A stretch of DNA of 57,023 bases, counting the filler, from Platydemus manokwari (taxonomy: Eukaryota): the NCBI GenBank assembly GCA_037951405.1. It is 5 parts of 5 records of this genome, joined end to end, with 100 filler letters (N's around TTAATTAATTAA, not from the genome) between each part and the next. Parts side by side here need not be neighbours in the genome. Positions count along the whole stretch, not along the records: positions 33,157 to 46,857 come from JBBMOY011641402.1; positions 46,958 to 57,023 come from JBBMOY011172656.1; 3 more parts are not named here. One strand, given 5' to 3'. Positions 37,854 through 51,749 of the stretch are shown piece after piece. The notes beneath the pieces are model-generated. The model saw only the letters and a list, made by a program, of their open reading frames with translations, was not told where the DNA came from and searched no databases. How positions within the stretch are numbered: the first letter of the stretch is position 1; each line of letters starts with the position of its first letter. A program made the position numbers and the translations under genes.

Positions 37854-40800
37854 CTAAGCTAAAAATTTTTCCGATTTTGGAGCTCTAGTAAAAACAGCTA
37901 GAGTGGAAATAATAACGAATAAACTAAAAATAATAAAACAGCATCTGTCAATGACTCTAGCTGCAAATTTCCATTCTTTAGCCATACTAACCTCTTCTTC
38001 GTCGTCTTTAATTTTTTGAGTTATCTTTTTCAATTCATTTATTATGACTGTCAATTCATTGCGTGAGCTACAAGAACTGGTAAAGGCATTTGTATCTAAA
38101 TAGATAAAACATTATTATGTCAATGATCAAACTTAAAAGTTTCATTTCTTCAATGTCTGTTTCAGATTTAATCATCATTCTACACAACAATCTGAGAAAC
38201 CTATTTATATCAACTAAGATATATGGTGATAAGAGACAAGGAAAATAGAAGAGATTTGTATATTCGCGATATGATGTTGAAAGAAAGTGTGATTGGTTGT
38301 GTGATCAAATCTATCAGTTGTCGAATTATGAAACAGTTGATGGTGATAAGTGAATATCTACACGCAAACGGAATGTCTGAGGCATACTTATTAGAATTCT
38401 TGATAGTCTGAGTTACATGCCCGAATTCTAAGTAAGTTGGATATACATTCGAACACAATTTACGTCACCTTAATCAAATATTCAATCACCATATACTATG
38501 AAATACTAGTAATTAATGAATTTTAATGGCATTTTGAAACAGAAATTATATCCATAAGTCAATAAATCATACTACAGTCTCGATGACAAAACAACTTTCA
38601 ATATTGATCGGAATGGTCAAGATGGGTTATCCAAGATAATCAAGCTAATCAAGCATTTACGCTTACCTGAAAATATGGTTTTATAGTTTATAAAGATCAA
38701 CTATGATTATTATTTTTATCATAAAATCATATCCATCAGCATAAATTAAGAAATATCACAGAATAAACACGAAAAACGCTTTAAATATGAGGTTAAAGGC
38801 GTTGAAATGGTAGAAAAATTGTCACTAATATTTATATAATTTTTTAAAATTCCAGTAAAAATCCATGAAAGTTAAGAAATACAAAAGAACAAAACCTGAA
38901 AAACTCTTTAAATAAGCATTTCAAAGTGATAAAATGGTCGAAAAGTATCCAAAAACAAAAATCTGACAGATTAATATGTTTTGATATTTTAATTTATTAA
39001 AATTGGTGTTAAAATCACTTCTATAATGAATTCTAAGATTTTTCATTGATTGTAATTAGTTTATAATCATTTTCATGTTCTTTTAGTTCATTTTCAATAG
39101 TTCTTAATTAAAAAATTAATATGAGCAATTTTCATTAGGCAGGTTCCTGCTTAAATAATAATCTAAAAATTTCTTTAATTTTATGACTTATCTTAAAATA
39201 TTTACGGAATTACAATTACAAAACATTTTTGACGTTTATAATGGATAAATTTTGTAAATAAAGAATCAATTTTAATTACATCAAATCCATTGAATAAGCC
39301 AAAAACCAGAAATATTAGCATTATCTTGATAGCATGTTATGAGTGAAGGTATCACCGAAACGGGAATGTTCAGAGATGTTATAGAACATAGAACTTGCAT
39401 TACAATTCTTACTTTTAATTGGGATAGTATTTTGAGAAGATGAAATATTCATATAGGATGGAACTTTCTGAATAATTTTATTTGGCGTTTTCGACTGACC
39501 GATTCCTATTACTCGAAAATCGCTTTCGATATCTGAAAAGTTGGAAAAACTTGATTTGGAATTATGAATGGCAAAGGAGTTTCTCAGTTTGTCGCACTTC
39601 ATTGAAAGACCATTTTGTAGAATGGGATTATCTGCACCGGATTTGAATGCCGAATCTTCCGGGGATTTGATTTCATGATTTTGTTTCATAAACAGAATTT
39701 TCGCTAACCAAGTATTGACAACTTTTTTTATCTATAAGTGGTCTTTAAATTTAATTTCATTACAAAAGTAAAGAGAACTAATGGTGGTACTGGTTTCAGA
39801 TTAACCGACCTATGGTGATAATTGAGTACAAGCACTGTAAATACTATTGAAAGTGAGCACATAATCATTATACAAGCAAAATAAATTCCTAAAAATAGAA
39901 TATAATTTAATTAATAATGGGTTAATTAAATTTAAATTGATTTATTTAATTTAGCTTTGAAATTAATAAACATTTTAAAGACAATTTAGTGAAGCGTAAT
40001 TAATCCAAATTTCCAACACACGATTATAAACCCTATATCGATCAAGAAAAGAAACAAAATTTATCACTTCAAGTAAAACAAGAACAAATAATAAAATAAT
40101 AAGTAATAAATATGATCACTCGAAGGATCATACGAAAGCTACCGAACATGAAAGACTAGAAATTCCTCTCTCGATTGGACTCTTTATAAACGTTCGTATT
40201 TATTTATTTTCCGTATAAAACTTTATTTTTCATTTGTCAAAATCATTTCAAGACTTGGCTATGTGCTTAATTGTTCAGATTCGAAATTCAATTCGGGAGA
40301 CTACTGATTTGAAGGCTTCTGATTGGCTACTGGCAAGTGTGTTTGTTGTGTCTGTGTGCATGCTCTTCAGAAAGCTACTCTGACGGTTTTGTTAAAAATT
40401 TTAGATTCATTTTCAATTTTTATTTTACACACCTCTCATATAAGTAAAAACTCAACAAAAATGCATTACAATTCATAAAAATATCAATATTAAATTTAAG
40501 ATACCTATCAATGGAATGGCACCAGATGTTTGGGGTAGTTTGTCAGCAACGATAAGCAAGAACATTGTCATTGACAACAATATAGTGACACCTACTCAAA
40601 AACAAAATGGGTGTTCAAATAATAAATGGAAAATTATTACCTAAAGATATTTTTTCACCAGCATCCGGTGGCAAGGTGAACTCCAACAAAGCCATAGTAG
40701 ATATCAAAACACAGGGTATAATCAAATTAAAAACATAATAAAGGGGTTTTCGTTGCATTCGTATTGTTATCAAAACATACATGTATGTAGCATTGTTATA

Positions 40801-42571
40801 CCCGTACTGGACTCGCTTTATGGGGCAGTCTAAAATAAATTTTCTTAAAAAAATAAATCAACACAGAATTTGAAAATAAAAAATTAAAATAAAGCCAAAT
40901 AAATAAATCGTGTTAAAATAGAATGAAAAGATAGTCATGCTTGTATAATCATTATGAATTCCAAAAATTAATATTAACCGCCCCGAGAGGCTTAAGAAGA
41001 TCAAAAGCAGCTGACTATGAATATCGGAAGATTGGCCATATAAATCAATATCCTTTAGACTTTGCATATGTAATTATATGTCGGATTTGGATATGGAGAA
41101 TTCTTCATTTTTATCATGGAAACTTTAATTAAAAACTTTATGCTTGATTTCTTATTGAATTGATCAGCAAAATTAAGAATAATATGAATCATATGGAAAT
41201 ATAATTTGTGCTTGAATGAATATAACATACTGATTATTTTCCAGGCCTCAACTAACTTAATGACTATTCCTACAATAATTTGTATTATTTTTTATAGATA
41301 TAGTATCACTTTATTTTCACTGAGTTTATTCAGCTTGTTCTAATCATACTAAATTGGTATAAACCGATAAAAGTGTTAATAGTTATGATAGGGATTTTGG
41401 TACATTTTAATCATTGTTTTCGCCAGTTATAAGATCAAAAGCACGCTAAAACAGAAAATACATTTTCACAAAGCATATTCACGCAAGTGTGCAAACACAG
41501 TGGCCAATCATCATTATTAAAAATTACGAATTGCAATAATAATTTTGGAAACACAGACGATAAATAAAAATCTGCTATTCAAAAATATCCTGAAACATTA
41601 AGGCTATAAAAACTGAAGCGATCGCGACTCTGTACCAGTATGGCTCTAGATACGATATTAAATTTGATACTTTTATACTACTTTCTATAAATCTTAATTA
41701 GATTTTTGCTTCTTTGTCGCAGATAACAGAATGCAGACTATTTTTAAAACAAAAACTTTGATGTACGTGTTGCAAGCACTTTAACTCAAACCACTAACCC
41801 ACAATATTAAACTCTCCATTTAGAACATAATCATCCAGATTTGTTGTACTGCTTTCTGTACATGGACCGCTTTTTTCATTACTGTCATCATTAGGACATT
41901 GCAGTCTCAAATCGATATATTTTCCAGAATATGTCCAACTACCGAATTTTAGAGTGCAATTTTGCAAATCGAATGGAAACCAAGTGATATCGATATCACA
42001 AGTAGATTTAAACATTCCTGGTGGAACCCACTGCATGAGGGAAGTGTTCTTTACCAACACGTTTACTGGATAGGTTCCATCAAATTTATCATCGGCACTG
42101 AAACCACATTTTTACTTGTGTACAAATATATTTATTTATTATTTCAATAATGTTTGTCTAATTAACTTTATTAAACAAAACAATATACACATAAACCTTT
42201 CCAATACCAAACAAGAAATAGACTGACTGCTTGTTTTCCGCAGAACTAAACTCACTAAAAATCTCATAAATAACAAAATACAAAGGATTTTAAAAAAGCC
42301 TAAGAGTCAAAGTTGTACAACACAATTTCTATTAATATCTTTCTTACGATTGTTTTCACTAATCAATGTCTGGTATATACATTTATCCTAATGACACCAC
42401 TTGTCGAATAGTAACTAATTTGGATCAGTTTGAAGTCACGTGACTTTCAAGAATAAAATCTGAGCTTATTGATATTAATGTCATTTCAAACACTGCATCG
42501 CAATTACCATTTTAATTTTTTAAAAAATAATAATATTAACAATAATGATAACAATATTGATAACAATAATG

Positions 42572-42605
<34 letters not shown>

Positions 42606-42890
42606 TGATAATAATAATAACAATAATATTATCAATAATAATAACAGGAATAATAAAAATAATAATAACAATAATTATAACAATAATAATAATAAATAAG
42701 TAATGATAATAATCTATTTATATAATAATAAATGACTTTATGAAATTTTGAAAGTCAACAATAACAATAATAAAAAGTACCTGTTAAACAATAATAAATC
42801 CGGTCTCCATACTTTGTCAGCGGGAATATTGAATCCTGATACTCCTCCATATAAAGCTGGGTTCCATGTAAAATGATAATCCTTCCACTT
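37854..42890 (-). CDS. Cys-loop nicotinic acetylcholine receptor subunit, alpha7-like sequence but non-alpha (no loop C Cys-Cys); 5' exons not found
   Basis: Exons 42781-42890, 41799-42097, 40641-40829, 40505-40591, 39779-39888, 39413-39731 (alternative donor 39356), 37854-38095, phase-consistent. Motifs: [12 protein letters not shown], Cys-loop [68 protein letters not shown]. Confidence 0.93.
42526..42712. repeat. Imperfect (AAT/AAC/GAT)n trinucleotide tract in a receptor intron
   Basis: Directly visible; it produces the spurious poly-Asn ORF 42469..42699. Confidence 0.9.
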
Positions 42891-43567
42891 CTAAACGAAA
42901 TATCTTTTATTTTTATATTTAAATCTACAATATTTATGATTCTTAATCTTTGATTTGTTATGGGTCATCTCATTTCTATGTCAAAAAGTGGTACTTGCAT
43001 TAAACAGTTTAATATTTAGCACTCAATAATTTCTACAATTTTATTTAACGCGCATTGAAAAATATATTTCATAAGTCAACACAATAACAAAATTTTAAAA
43101 AAATTAACCAAATGTTATTTTGAATCATGTAACTTATTTTAAATATTTATTTAAATAATTTTTTATCAAAACTTCAAAATGATGTCATGGAAAAAATCTG
43201 GAACATATTTTATTATCATATCTACAATTATTTCATATCCTCTCTCGATAATAGCAATATTGCAAATCTTTTAATAGTTCTTTATCAATTTTCTTTTAGT
43301 AGTCACAATGTAATTAAGTTAGAAAATATCAGTAAACAAATTTTTAAAATCTAATTTAATTCTGTTTGTTTGATCCAACATTAATATCGATTTAAATTTA
43401 TAGATAGTGGAATGAATGTGAGTATTTGAAACAGGAAACCACATTCAAACAGATGTTAACAATTCAGATGAATGTGCGGCAATAATGCTCAGTAAATTTC
43501 TGTTATTAAACGAAATGATGTAGTTAATATTCATAGCAAGCTCAGGGGCTATAGATATCAACTGTCA

Positions 43568-43618
<51 letters not shown>
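43568..43618. repeat. (AAT)17 microsatellite
   Basis: Perfect run immediately adjacent to the donor site of the exon ending at 43621. Confidence 0.95.
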
Positions 43619-43620
<2 letters not shown>

Positions 43621-43622
<2 letters not shown>

Positions 43623-46380
43623 GATAATCCATTCATTGCATTCGGTAGCCGATCCACAACGAACAATATTGATAGCATCGGTTTCTGCTATGGATTTCAA
43701 AGAACAAAATGAAGAATTGTATGAATAGCTTTTGGCAATTTGAGAGCTATTGGAATTCCCTCGACCAATAACATTACTTCGAAATGGCTTGTTTATTATG
43801 TCAGGCGTTTCGCGTTTTATAATCTAAAATCATTCTAATTTAAAAAAATATCGAATCTTTAACAAATCAAAAATATGATAAAAATCGATTTCAATCATTT
43901 TGTAAAACGAATTTCAAAATTACTAGATAAGGTTGTTTTATAGTTGAAGGTGACTGCTAAATATTCCGATCGAGACTGTACTGTAACTAATTATTGTAAA
44001 AAGCATTGCAGCAGATAAAATAGAACACATAAATTCAGACTGAAAGTAATGTTTTATCTCGAAAATTGATTTAAAAACAAGAAAAGCAAAAATTATTTTC
44101 AAGTAAAAATTCTGTCATATTCGGAGCAATAACCATTGTAAATTTAAAAAATATAATAAACACTAAAGATAATAATAATCATCATAATCATAATAATAAT
44201 ATTAATATCAATGTTGGGTAGATCACAAATCAATCAACAGAAAACAAGGAAATAACCCTAAAAAGGGTCGACACATACAGATCCGATAAGCGCATGTGCC
44301 GTCAACCAATCAGATTCCTTCTATTATTAATCCATATTTAGAAACTAAGAATCGATAGTCACATCTACAAATGGTAACAAACTCAAATAACTGCCAACAC
44401 GATAATAGGTACGAGGAAATTTTCAAGCAGACCGATCTACGAATGAATTCAGCAAGAGAAAAACAAAGTCCTGTGACATCAAGAAGGCACACCCAATAGG
44501 TCTATAAAAGAGGTTGATTGCCAGTCTTTTTGATCGATAACTTGCGTGTGAGTTTCAATAATCAGTCTTTTTGACTTTCGATCGTGTAACCCGTCTCGTG
44601 TGATTAACCATTATGATTTGTAAAGAGGTTAGTTTGTAGTTGTTGTGATTATTAGTGCAATTTTTATGGTATAATTTTTCAGGTCTAATTGTTGATTAAT
44701 AGTCATTAATACTAATAATAATAATAATGATAATATAAATAATAATAATAATAATATAAATAATAGTAGTAATAATAATATAAATATAATCATAATTACA
44801 ATAATACTAATAATAATAAGAGCATTTTTAATAATATTATATTCGCGGCAATATAAAAAGCCTAAGTTTTCTTTATTAACTGTGGCAATTAAATCTCTAA
44901 TCTTTTTTTCTTGATTCACAGCTTTGATCGTGCTTCATTTCCGGCTATCAACGACTCCTTTATTATTATTAAGTGTTGCAGGGTCTCTCCACTAATGACT
45001 CCAAGAGTACTATCTTTGACAGTGATTACGTTTACGAATAAAGCCGGGAAATTTCATTATTTTCAATATATTTCAAATCGAGATTGCTAAACTCATAATT
45101 TGTCATTGGTTAATGTTTAAAAATCAATTGCTGCAAATGGAAATATCATCAACATACGTTTGGAGTATTCGGTAAAATATCATTATTTTAGCTAAAGCGA
45201 TAATATATTATAAATTACTCTCATTCATCTCCGAATACTGGGTGAAGACAAAACTTGTATTCAGAATAAAAAGGGGTTACGATATTATTAACAAAGAAAA
45301 TCATTGGAATCGATTACGTATTACTTATTCTCACAGACTCTTATATGTATTCTCATGGTAACAAAACCATATAAAGAAGATTTAACCTTGGATTCAAGTT
45401 TCGATGAGATTGGTGGATTCTATTTTGATTAGAAACAGATAAAAAAACATGAGATTCCATTAATAATACGCTATAAAACATACGATCTTGATAATAATAT
45501 TAATCAATATGTATTTCATAATCGCAGAATAAAGCATCGTTAAGGCAAAGATTGATTCATGCCAGATATCCGAATATTTTCTTACAAATTAATACGATTA
45601 TCACACAATTTTGACATTAATGGTTATACAAAGCATGTTCCCAAATTACAAACGAGTCTTTCAATATCATTTTCTTACGCATTGATTTATTTGTTTGTTG
45701 TTTTACTTTCGCTCAAGGCTAAAGATTAACATTTCGAACACAATTTGCAATAAATAACACTGATGAATCGATGCTTTTCATATTTCAATATCAGTAATAA
45801 TATATAATTCTATAATTATTTTATCGTATTGTATTGTAGTCTTTAAAAATTATTCATTGTTTTAATCATCAAAATTATATTGATAATCCCAGCCCATCAA
45901 TGTGTTTTAAAAACTACTAGCAATCACAGTATATATTGACTGGATATCGGTAAGCGATAACGAAGTGGTATTGGAAAATCAGCAGTATTTCATCTCCTAT
46001 CAAACGATATTAAAATGCTTTATCATCTTTATATATGGTACACGCGGTATCTAAATCGAGTTGAATTTATTCACTTTATAAAATGAATGGTTTCAAAGGA
46101 AATTAATAATAATAATAATAATTAATCCAATACTTGAAAACAGAAATTGTGATAATTGGAAATACTGGGATGAAGTGGTTGGATGAGACATTTATTATTC
46201 AATACCATCAATGGTTTGAGAATTTCCTCATTGTTATTGTTGTATTCTTTTTTATAAACTGTGCTGTCTTCGATTTTCAGGACAATGTTTCTCGATTTGA
46301 TAGCCACATAAGTGGATTCAGTTGGAAGACCGTTCAAATGTTCTTCAGATTTTGAAGAGGTTTGAGCATAAATACAAGGT
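43621..46380 (-). CDS. Two internal exons (46134-46380, 43621-43823) encoding the C-terminal part of a SynGAP/DAB2IP/RASAL2-type PH domain
   Basis: Both exons have AG acceptors and GT donors, are open and join in phase. They read ...CLIQPLHPSISNYHNFCFQ|II...NIVRCGSATECNEWII, similar to the family motif IIKPVHSSILGQxFCFEV...CFxCRSAAERDKWxENL (from recall). Confidence 0.7.
44212..44953 (+). mobile_element. Solo-LTR-like segment in the intron between the PH exons
   Basis: Starts TGTTGggtag and ends ctatCAACg (imperfect inverted termini). Internal CCAAT (44493) and TATAAAAG (44503); interrupted by an AAT-rich tract. Confidence 0.35.
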
Positions 46381-46700
46381 CTAGAGATATTAGTAATATT
46401 TATTTAAATCAAATTATTTTTAAAGATCTGGATATCGAATAAACATGAATCGCAGAAATGCATTACAGGTATTGGGAAAAAGACTTAACCAATATTTTGT
46501 TCAAATCTTGTCTTTTGAGTAATATAATCGAATTCGGATTTATATCACATCATCGTCACAAGGAAAAATATAATCGATAGGAAATAAAAATTATGAAAAT
46601 AATTTTGAAACTATATTTGTACTATAATACATCTTATATTTAAATAAATATAATAGAATAGACCACAATATTTTTATGAGTGATATGTTTTGAAATGGAT

Positions 46701-46957
46701 NNNNNNNNNNNNNNNNNNNNNNNNNNNNNNNNNNNNNNNNNNNNNNNNNNNNNNNNNNNNNNNNNNNNNNNNNNNNNNNNNNNNNNNNNNNNNNNNNNNN
46801 NNNNNNNNNNNNNNNNNNNNNNNNNNNNTATAATCATCATCTTAAGTAAATCAACAANNNNNNNNNNNNNNNNNNNNNNNNNNNNNNNNNNNNNNNNNNN
46901 NTTAATTAATTAANNNNNNNNNNNNNNNNNNNNNNNNNNNNNNNNNNNNNNNNNNNN
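46701..46957. other. Assembly gaps: 128-N gap (46701-46828), 29-nt sliver, then linker spacer (46858-46957)
   Basis: Directly visible. Confidence 0.97.
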
Positions 46958-49900
46958 GTGTTCCTATTTTATGATTAACGAAAGTCGTTAATATCAATTA
47001 AGAGATTTTATAACTGATATATAATGCACTCATTGTTGCATTATAGTAAATTAGATACATCGGCAATTGAATTTATTATTAATATGAATAGTTAATGAAA
47101 AATATAATGAGTTAGAAAAAATAATTGATAAATATACATTATATGTGTATCGTATTTGAATAGGTTTATAAAAGATACCTGTTGAAATTAAAACAATACT
47201 GATTCATTTAATCGCTCGATCGTGATTTAATTCGAGATGTATTTGGATTTAAAATTTGAAGCCATATTTAAAAAATTATCAAGAATAAATTTAGATTAAT
47301 AAGCTAAATTTATTTCAAAATCAGACCAGCTCGAAATCAGAGTGTCGAAATCTGAAAAATATTGAATTTGCTATCCTAGTTTCAATTTTCATTGAATTTG
47401 ACTGTTAAAAATCTTGGCACTCGTCCATTTAAACATTCAACAAAGAACCGCTATCAGTAAACATTTTGTTAGGTTATAAGCATCTTCTGTATAAAAAGTT
47501 AATTGGTTCTTTTCCAATTCAGAATTTATTTTTCGTTTTTAAAAACACTGTTAATTGGTCAGTGGTATGAGGTCAAGATAAAACTGACAGAAATCGCAAG
47601 TCATCGGTAAAGTCAAAGCAAACTTGCCAGTTATTTATTTTGGTTATAACACTTGTATTCACGCTATTAACAACCACTAAGGAATTGTTACTTAGTTGAT
47701 TGTAGGACCTGATAGAGAGCAGTCGCACTTTCAAGGTGCATCGTTATTGTATAGATTTTGTAGAAATATGGATTTTCTGCTATCATCAGTAATAAAATTT
47801 AGTCATTTTCCCAGCAAATAATCAGCAAACTAGTCAATGCTACCAATCCATGAATAATGTATATTTATTCGATAGTAATTCAACAATAACACAGCAATAT
47901 TCACTAATAATTCAATTAATTAGTCTTTTAATTGATCAATTTCTGGATTCACTATTCTCCGATTGTCTTTTTACTTTTTCTCTGGTTGAGGTTTTTAATA
48001 TTATTTTCAATTGTAATTTTTGTTTTTAAATTTTATGAACTAATAATTATATTATTATTAAATTCTGTTTTTTTTTTTGCAAATTTATTATTTATGGTTT
48101 ACTTCGTTTACCGTTCCCTGTCCACCGAATAAACAGTAGATAAACAACTGCAAACACCGATCCGGATTTACTTCGAATTATAAATATTGTCGAATAATTG
48201 AAAAATAAACATTTGTAATTTATAATTAAGAATTTACCAGAACCCATTAGACAGGAAGTTATTCCAAAGTCAAAATAATTAACCGCTTAGTGACAAAGAA
48301 ATAATTCCATCAAATAATTCTTGAGCAAATCAAATTTATTATTGATACCATTGACAAAATGAAGGACAAACTTACAATTCCAATTATTAATGAATATTTG
48401 ATGGAATTAACAACAAAAAAAATCACTCAACAAATAAAACTAAATGAAATTATTATATTAAAATTTGTTATTTTATTATGCCTTATCTCTGTAAGCGGCT
48501 ACTATTTTATAAAACACTCATCGAAAACGAACTGACAAGACACGACAACAAATTATATGTTTAAATACAAATATTTAAACAAGTTAATATAATTTTTTTA
48601 TAAAATAAAATTTTATTTAAAATTAAATCTTTAAAAATTTAATTCAATTAAAATTTCTCACAATCTCAATGATATTCAGGGACTTCGATAGACAGAGTGA
48701 TGACTATACTATCTGTAAGCATTTGGCCAGGGATGAAATATTTGGTAACAATAACTTAGAATCAATTAATGATGTTTTACGATTTGACTGAAATGGGTCG
48801 TTGATCTGAATGTAATATGTGATTAATTACAATCTCTACTGTATAATACTCAGAAGATATGATTATGAATTTATTTATGAAAAACGAAACAAAATAATAC
48901 ACACTGGTATTAAAGCAACAAAACAAAATTAAAGAATTTTAAATAAATGTTCGACCTATACTTAGATGGGTAGTTGAAAATCTGATACAGGCTAGAGGAA
49001 GATGAACAGGAATGATTATTATTAATTAATTAACGATGCATGCAATTATTAGCGCATTTTTAAATACCAATCGATAAATTGCAAACGAATTAGTAGCTTG
49101 ATAACTTTACGGAACAATTGAAATGAAAGCATACTACTCAGTATAAATGTTTCATAATTGTATATTTTACACTGGACGAAATAAATCTATTCTAATATTT
49201 CTCTCTCTTATTGGTCGGATTAAATCTCTACGATCGCTTTTCGTAGTGGTGGTATTACTAAATTCGACCTGGCTTATATACCAGGAGCCCTTTCGCTCAT
49301 TTACTTAGGTGTTTGGCCTATCCCACTTAATTACTTTCCCTTCTAATTCTCTAACATTCTAAATGTAATATTATGAATTGTAAGTAAATCAAAAAATTGT
49401 AAATGGTATGATAACAGCCTTAATAATGCTAGAAAACTCAATTGATCTGTTCTTTTTATTCTGAGTCTTTAGATAATTTAAGTTAAGCTTATTTTTATTA
49501 TCATTTTATTTTTATAGTTACATTTGACAAATTTTATTTTCAAGATATTTGAAAATATTAAAAATATATTTCTATTTTTATTTAAATGTTCCTAAATTAA
49601 ATTCTTCTTGAATTACTTGTAATTCCCATGTAAATTTCCGTGTTGTAAGTAAATAAAGCATTGGTCTTTGATTTGGTGTTGGGTTTAATATTGTCGATAT
49701 CATCAGTAAATGGAAACTATTATTGGATTAAATAGAATTTGTGTTTATTAGAACAAATTTTGAAAATAATGGTAATAGAATATTAAATTACTATTTCAAC
49801 ACAAACACGATTAATCTATTATTAAAAATACTAAAATTCAATTTTTAAAATCAATAAACAAATTCAATTAAAGTTTCCATGTTTTATTTCATTTTTGGTT

Positions 49901-51749
49901 GCTATCTACAAATACAATTAAATATAGTCATTGTAATAAATCTATTTTTAAATCATAAACGTTTGCAGTACTTCCGTTATGCAACAGTTTATTTTCGTTT
50001 TTCAGAATTAAAATTCTTATCATTGTTTCATTCCATATTATTTTATTAGTCTCTTATTTAAAAAATTACGAGTTATATCTTTCAAACTAATATTATACTT
50101 ATCAATACTTTTCAATAAATAATGTTTTACGTTACACACTTAAGCTATGGATTTAAAAAATATTGACATTGATAACAATATTTTTATATAATTTCTGTTG
50201 TGAGTAAATTTTTTTTCATTAACTCGTATGTTCCCATAGTAAAGATTATACTGGTAGGAATATACTTAGGTCTAAAACTAAGTTTCTATAATCAAAATGT
50301 TTATCCCCACGATAAAAAATATTGGTTTATTTGTGTTGGTTTATTTGTCACTGGTGTCGGCCATTGTTCCTTGCTGAGTGATTTTATAATTGCTAGGTGA
50401 CTATTTCAGGAATAATTATATGAAAATATTTAAATTTTCTGATTTGGAAATGACCAATAATAGCATTAAGTATATGCTGTCTATTTAGATATACTTTTAT
50501 TATTTCTTGTAAAAGTAGTAGTACAACAATGATAACAACTTGATAACATTTCTTTATGCTCCCAGTTTTCCAGGTATCTCTAAAATTAATTTAAAACAAG
50601 GAAGCAATTGAGATCACTAAGGTTTATAAAAGTCAAAAATAAATAGCATACAATAGCATACATCTGTAAATAAGCACATAGAAACAAGCAAATTACTGAC
50701 AACTACAGCAAATAAAAAAATATTATTAAAGCCCGTTAGGAAATTGTAGAAAATTGCACAAAAAGTAAACTCATAGGAATTCTATGGTATTAACAGGGAC
50801 TATGAAAATTCAATTCACTTATCCCCAACTTCGAATCTCACGTTATACTTATCTACAGCTTCAAAATTCAGACCAATCACAATGAGAAAATCTATTTCAT
50901 TCAATATAATGATAAAGAAATTATTACTAATTATTAACTCAAACATTTCTTTTTCTCTAGAGTTTGGTTGCATTAGTTTCCGACACTGGCTATTACTTCA
51001 TTTAAGGCACTACAGCTGCTTCACAAAAATCTATAACTTCACACATTCGACATTTGTATTTACTTAGATATTACTGTAAGCCCAAAATTAATTTTATTGC
51101 CTTCATTTTTTCATTATTTTATTATATATAGTAACACGCAACCTACACCTCGACACTGCTAAGAGTCAGATATTGGAGGAATTGATTCGAAAATATCTCA
51201 GCCCTAGAAGTATTAAAAGTGTAGATTTATTTATAAGCAAGTGATTTTGATTAAGTAGCCACATCATCACATTCCATCAATGCTTGGGCTTTTTGTTCTG
51301 TGTAAAGTTTTTTATATTTTAAAATGCCCTCTTATCTATGTAGCTCACTGAGCCCAACTAATTGTGAGTTATAAAAATTTCCTTGTGATCTTTCTCTATC
51401 TTTTAAATCGAAAGTACACTAATAAAAGGTAAACCATACATTAATTTTTACAGTACATAAATATAAAAATGTCCATTTGTTAATCCATTTGTTAATCCAA
51501 GTTCAATTCACATTCCATCCAATTAAAAATACATTCTCCTATGTTTCAACTCAAATATCAAATGTTAATGATGATTCCACTATACATCAAAATTAAATGT
51601 TAATTACTGGATATTTCTTTTCTTATACATTTTCTGTCCATTTTTTGAATGAACTCACATGGTTTAATTTAATTAAGCTCATATTGCTTATAAGCACTAT
51701 TGAACGAACACAAATTATTGACCCATAATTTATCTTTTATGGGAATCGA

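Noticed and set aside
38210-38458. ORFs in the last receptor intron as an extra loop exon
   Set aside because: I found no acceptor/donor pair giving an open phase-1/phase-1 exon, and 39413 splices cleanly to 38095.
42469-42699. Poly-Asn ORF, and the hydrophobic ORF 44629..44919
   Set aside because: Both are translation by-products of AAT/TTA microsatellites in introns.
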